A stretch of 64,000 bases of DNA from Paragordius varius (Eukaryota; Animalia; Nematomorpha): NCBI GenBank assembly GCA_964247055.1, contig OZ176051.1, positions 5,146,001 to 5,210,000 of the forward strand. Direction: 5' to 3'. How positions within the stretch are numbered: the first letter of the stretch is position 1; the number at the start of each line of letters is the position of its first letter. A program made the position numbers and the translations under genes. The notes beneath the pieces are model-generated. The model saw only the letters and a program-made list of their open reading frames with translations. It searched no databases and had not been told where the DNA came from. Below are positions 61,060-64,000 of this stretch, piece after piece.

Positions 61060-64000
61060 ATGTTTTTATTACAAAATGTTGAGGTTAGTGTGCGAAAAAG
61101 CGTTTATATAATGAATTAATATACTTAAGATAAATTTTCACATTTTAAACCCTTGCAGACATTTTGATTTATAGCCATTTTTATTATGTAGCAGAGTTAA
61201 AAATCATCAAATTTTTTAAAGCACCTTATTTTAAGCTAATCACATGCAATTTTATTTTGTGGTAAAATAGAGGTTTTTAATCGAGTCGAGAGTTTTTTAA
61301 CAAATTAAATAAAAATTGTTTTTTAGACCTTTCTTTTTATTATTGCGTTAGCTTCTGAGGTGATGTTAAATTTCTTATAACGGATCTCAAAATATATTTT
61401 AAAACAATATATACTATTGTTAAATACAGCGTGGTATGTGATAAATAGATATAATATTGGAGGGCTAACGTTTATCATAGGTTATTAGGTACCACCCTGC
61501 TAAAAGCACTTTCCTATTGATAATTTTAAAATTTAATAATTCAAAGATATCATTTTGCTTTTAATATAGAAAAATTAATTTAATTATAGGGCTATCAAAA
61601 AGATTATCAAATTTTTATCAACCCATGTAAACATCGTTTTGGACCCGATATAAACAAAAATATTTTTTGTTAACAAAAGCCAAATATTCAAATATTTCAT
61701 TTGATATCATCATTTGAATCAGTGGTACTAACCGAAAAATTTGAAGGGCCAAATAAAACATTTTTTTGCCAAGAAAGATTGCATGACTGTTTGTCTCTCA
61801 GATATTTTTACTCAAAATAATTACATTCAAAAATTAAATGAATGATTTAGGGCCACAAAAAGCACTTTTAAGGCCCACGCGGCCCCTAGACTGCGGTGTA
61901 AATATCACTCAATTAAATGATATATTGTATCTATTTATTTTTGTGCAGTATTTGTTTATAAACATAATGGTTATAATTTTAGGATTAAGATTTTTTAGAG
62001 TTGATATCCATCACACATAACAGTACAAGCAGGCGTAACTATACTTACGAAATAGCGAAAAATTGATCCGATCTTAGCTACAACGAAAACATTATTTTTC
62101 CATACTTTTAGAATCAGGTCATTCTAAAAGCAAATTATTTATGATTTTTTAAAAAATTGTTATTTACATACACATATATCCTTAATTCGTTAAATATTAC
62201 TGGCCTATTCTCAGCTCATTTTGATGACGCTTTTGATATTTTGTTATGATGGCCACAACAAGAATTGGATTCATGGGTAATTAATTGATAGTTTTTTAAA
62301 TTAATTTATATGAACTCTACTAGAAAATAATTACCAAATTAATTTATTTTAGGACATTCAATTCTGCATTTGTAGAATCGGAAAACTTGACTAATCAAAT
62401 AGCAGCCATTCATTTTATCGAACAAAAGGATTCCGGAATCACTAATAGTACTTATTATAATGTAACAAATAATTTAAATGCTGAAAGCAAAAATAAAGGT
62501 CAACAAAATGAACTGTTAAAGAGTTATAAAGCACTCTGTATAAATGGTAACATTTCCCTACCTACTGATCATCCAAAATGTACAAGGTTAAGGGAAAAAA
62601 TCCGACAAGCCTTCATGTCCAAACTTGAGGAATACATGCTAAAAAATTATTACTTGACAAACAAATCACACATGGCTGTTTCTGATGGTAAAATAAAAAA
62701 TGTAGGCCATGAAAAAATGCTAAAACATGCAAAAGATGTATTAAGTTTAGATGAAAAATTTATGCAAGCAGAACCAAAAATCCATTCCTTTCAAATAAAT
62801 ATTAGCGATGTTGATGAAGAAGTGTTAAACAACACGTCGACATTAAATTCCGTAAGTTTGGAAAAAACAGTTAAACAAAATTACGATTCGGATACTACTA
62901 TTGGGTTAGAGAAAGCCCCAGGAATAGAACAGAATATTAACAGTCAAACTACTTCAAACATCATGGATGATGATAGCATTAGACAAAATTTTAATATTAA
63001 TAATCAAAACAGTAATTACAATGTCGATAATAATTTATACGTACAAATGTTTTATCAAATGATGAAACAAAATTTGCAACAACAAAACAAATTGTTAATT
63101 TCAAATATTGCCTTAATACTGAAACGAATGGAGGCGCTATATGAAAAGGATCATGAACAAAATAAAAATATTTTACAACAAATACGCCAAGCTCTTCTTA
63201 GGTATTTTGGTCCTTCTCAAAAACCCAAATTTACTGATAAAATTATTGTAACAAAGCCGCCAAAATTATTATCTACGGATATTGTAACTCGTGAAAGCGA
63301 AATAGAAACAACAACACTTACTACTTTGTCAAAGTTAAGAAGTGAAGTCAAAGTTAAAATTAAACCCAATAAAAATACACCGCGGCCAAAGCTAGAGAAT
63401 TTAATCCTTACCCAAGATGATACATTCACTCAAAACTATGAATTATTCACTATGAAAAGTGCAACGATTGAATCCAAACCGATCCCTAGAGATTCTCTAC
63501 AATTTATGCGCTTTTCCCGAAAACTCGCAGGCAAACTTTTCGTCATGTTGAAGCAACAAAATAGGTTTAATAAAACTATATCATTTTAAAATTATGTTAA
63601 AAATATGAATATGCAATGAGAATTAATAATCAAGGGAACACAGTTTTTTTTGAGATCCAAGTATTTTAGTCTATTAATTCGAAATTTATGTTCTTATGGA
63701 ATATATGATTTCTTAGTTAATTTTTTTGTGTTTATTTCTTTAAAATACTTTAATTTCCCCCTAGTTACATAAAGGCCCTACTATCCTACATCATAAATTA
63801 TGCCCAAACCCAAAAAACAAAAGAGAGATTAATGTGGACCCTCATTAAAAGGTATCACATGTACGATTTAGCAATGACTCAAAGAATGCTAAAAAGAATA
63901 GAAACTCTCGATCAGGAAGATAATTTACGGGTAAAATTGCGGGCCCTAAAATTGAATAAACAAAATTTGATGGGTCAGTTATACCGCTTTTACGGGAGTA
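61060..64000 (+). CDS. Uncharacterised, probably secreted protein; 3' end outside the window
   Basis: Phase-consistent exons 61060-61083, 62215-62276, 62353-63564, 63765-end; N-terminus MFLLQNVELILMTLLIFCYDG is signal-peptide-like; contains the 400-codon ORF; Asn/Gln/Thr-rich with helical segments; no recognised domain. The first exon and start are uncertain. Confidence 0.65.

Noticed and set aside
63852-63871. Apparent 20-nt GT-AG intron (gtatcacatgtacgatttag)
   Set aside because: The unspliced frame stays open to the window end with plausible helical protein, whereas splicing shifts to a frame that stops after about 18 codons.

Overview
Very AT-rich eukaryotic (animal-like) genomic DNA with spliceosomal GT-AG introns; the species cannot be named from sequence alone. 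By manual exon assembly I find seven complete genes and one gene that runs off the window end: MIC60/IMMT (-, 1000-9007), LIPT1 (+, 9086-11600), a very large RNF19-type RBR E3 ligase (-, 11968-27051), PCNP (-, 36728-38230), a single-pass LRR membrane protein (+, 43703-49349), a CALML4-like EF-hand protein (-, 49783-56280), a divergent MMADHC/CblD (+, 56328-59109) and an orphan, probably secreted, protein (+, 61060 to window end). Introns and intergenic DNA are full of non-autonomous DNA transposons: hAT MITEs with 8-bp TSDs, a PIF/Harbinger MITE, a TA-flanked MITE family with 21-nt subterminal repeats and several 0.9-3.2 kb palindromic (foldback) elements. Decayed hAT and RTE-LINE coding relics are also present. 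Three signals stand out. (1) Nine ultra-short introns of 22-32 nt, several fixed by protein homology on both sides, coexist with kb-sized TE-filled introns in the same genes. (2) Two head-to-head gene pairs have start codons only 47 and 78 bp apart. (3) A hAT transposon has had its left end replaced by a 1-kb inverted copy of its right half, suggesting how the many palindromic elements arise. All homology calls come from recalled family motifs, not database searches.
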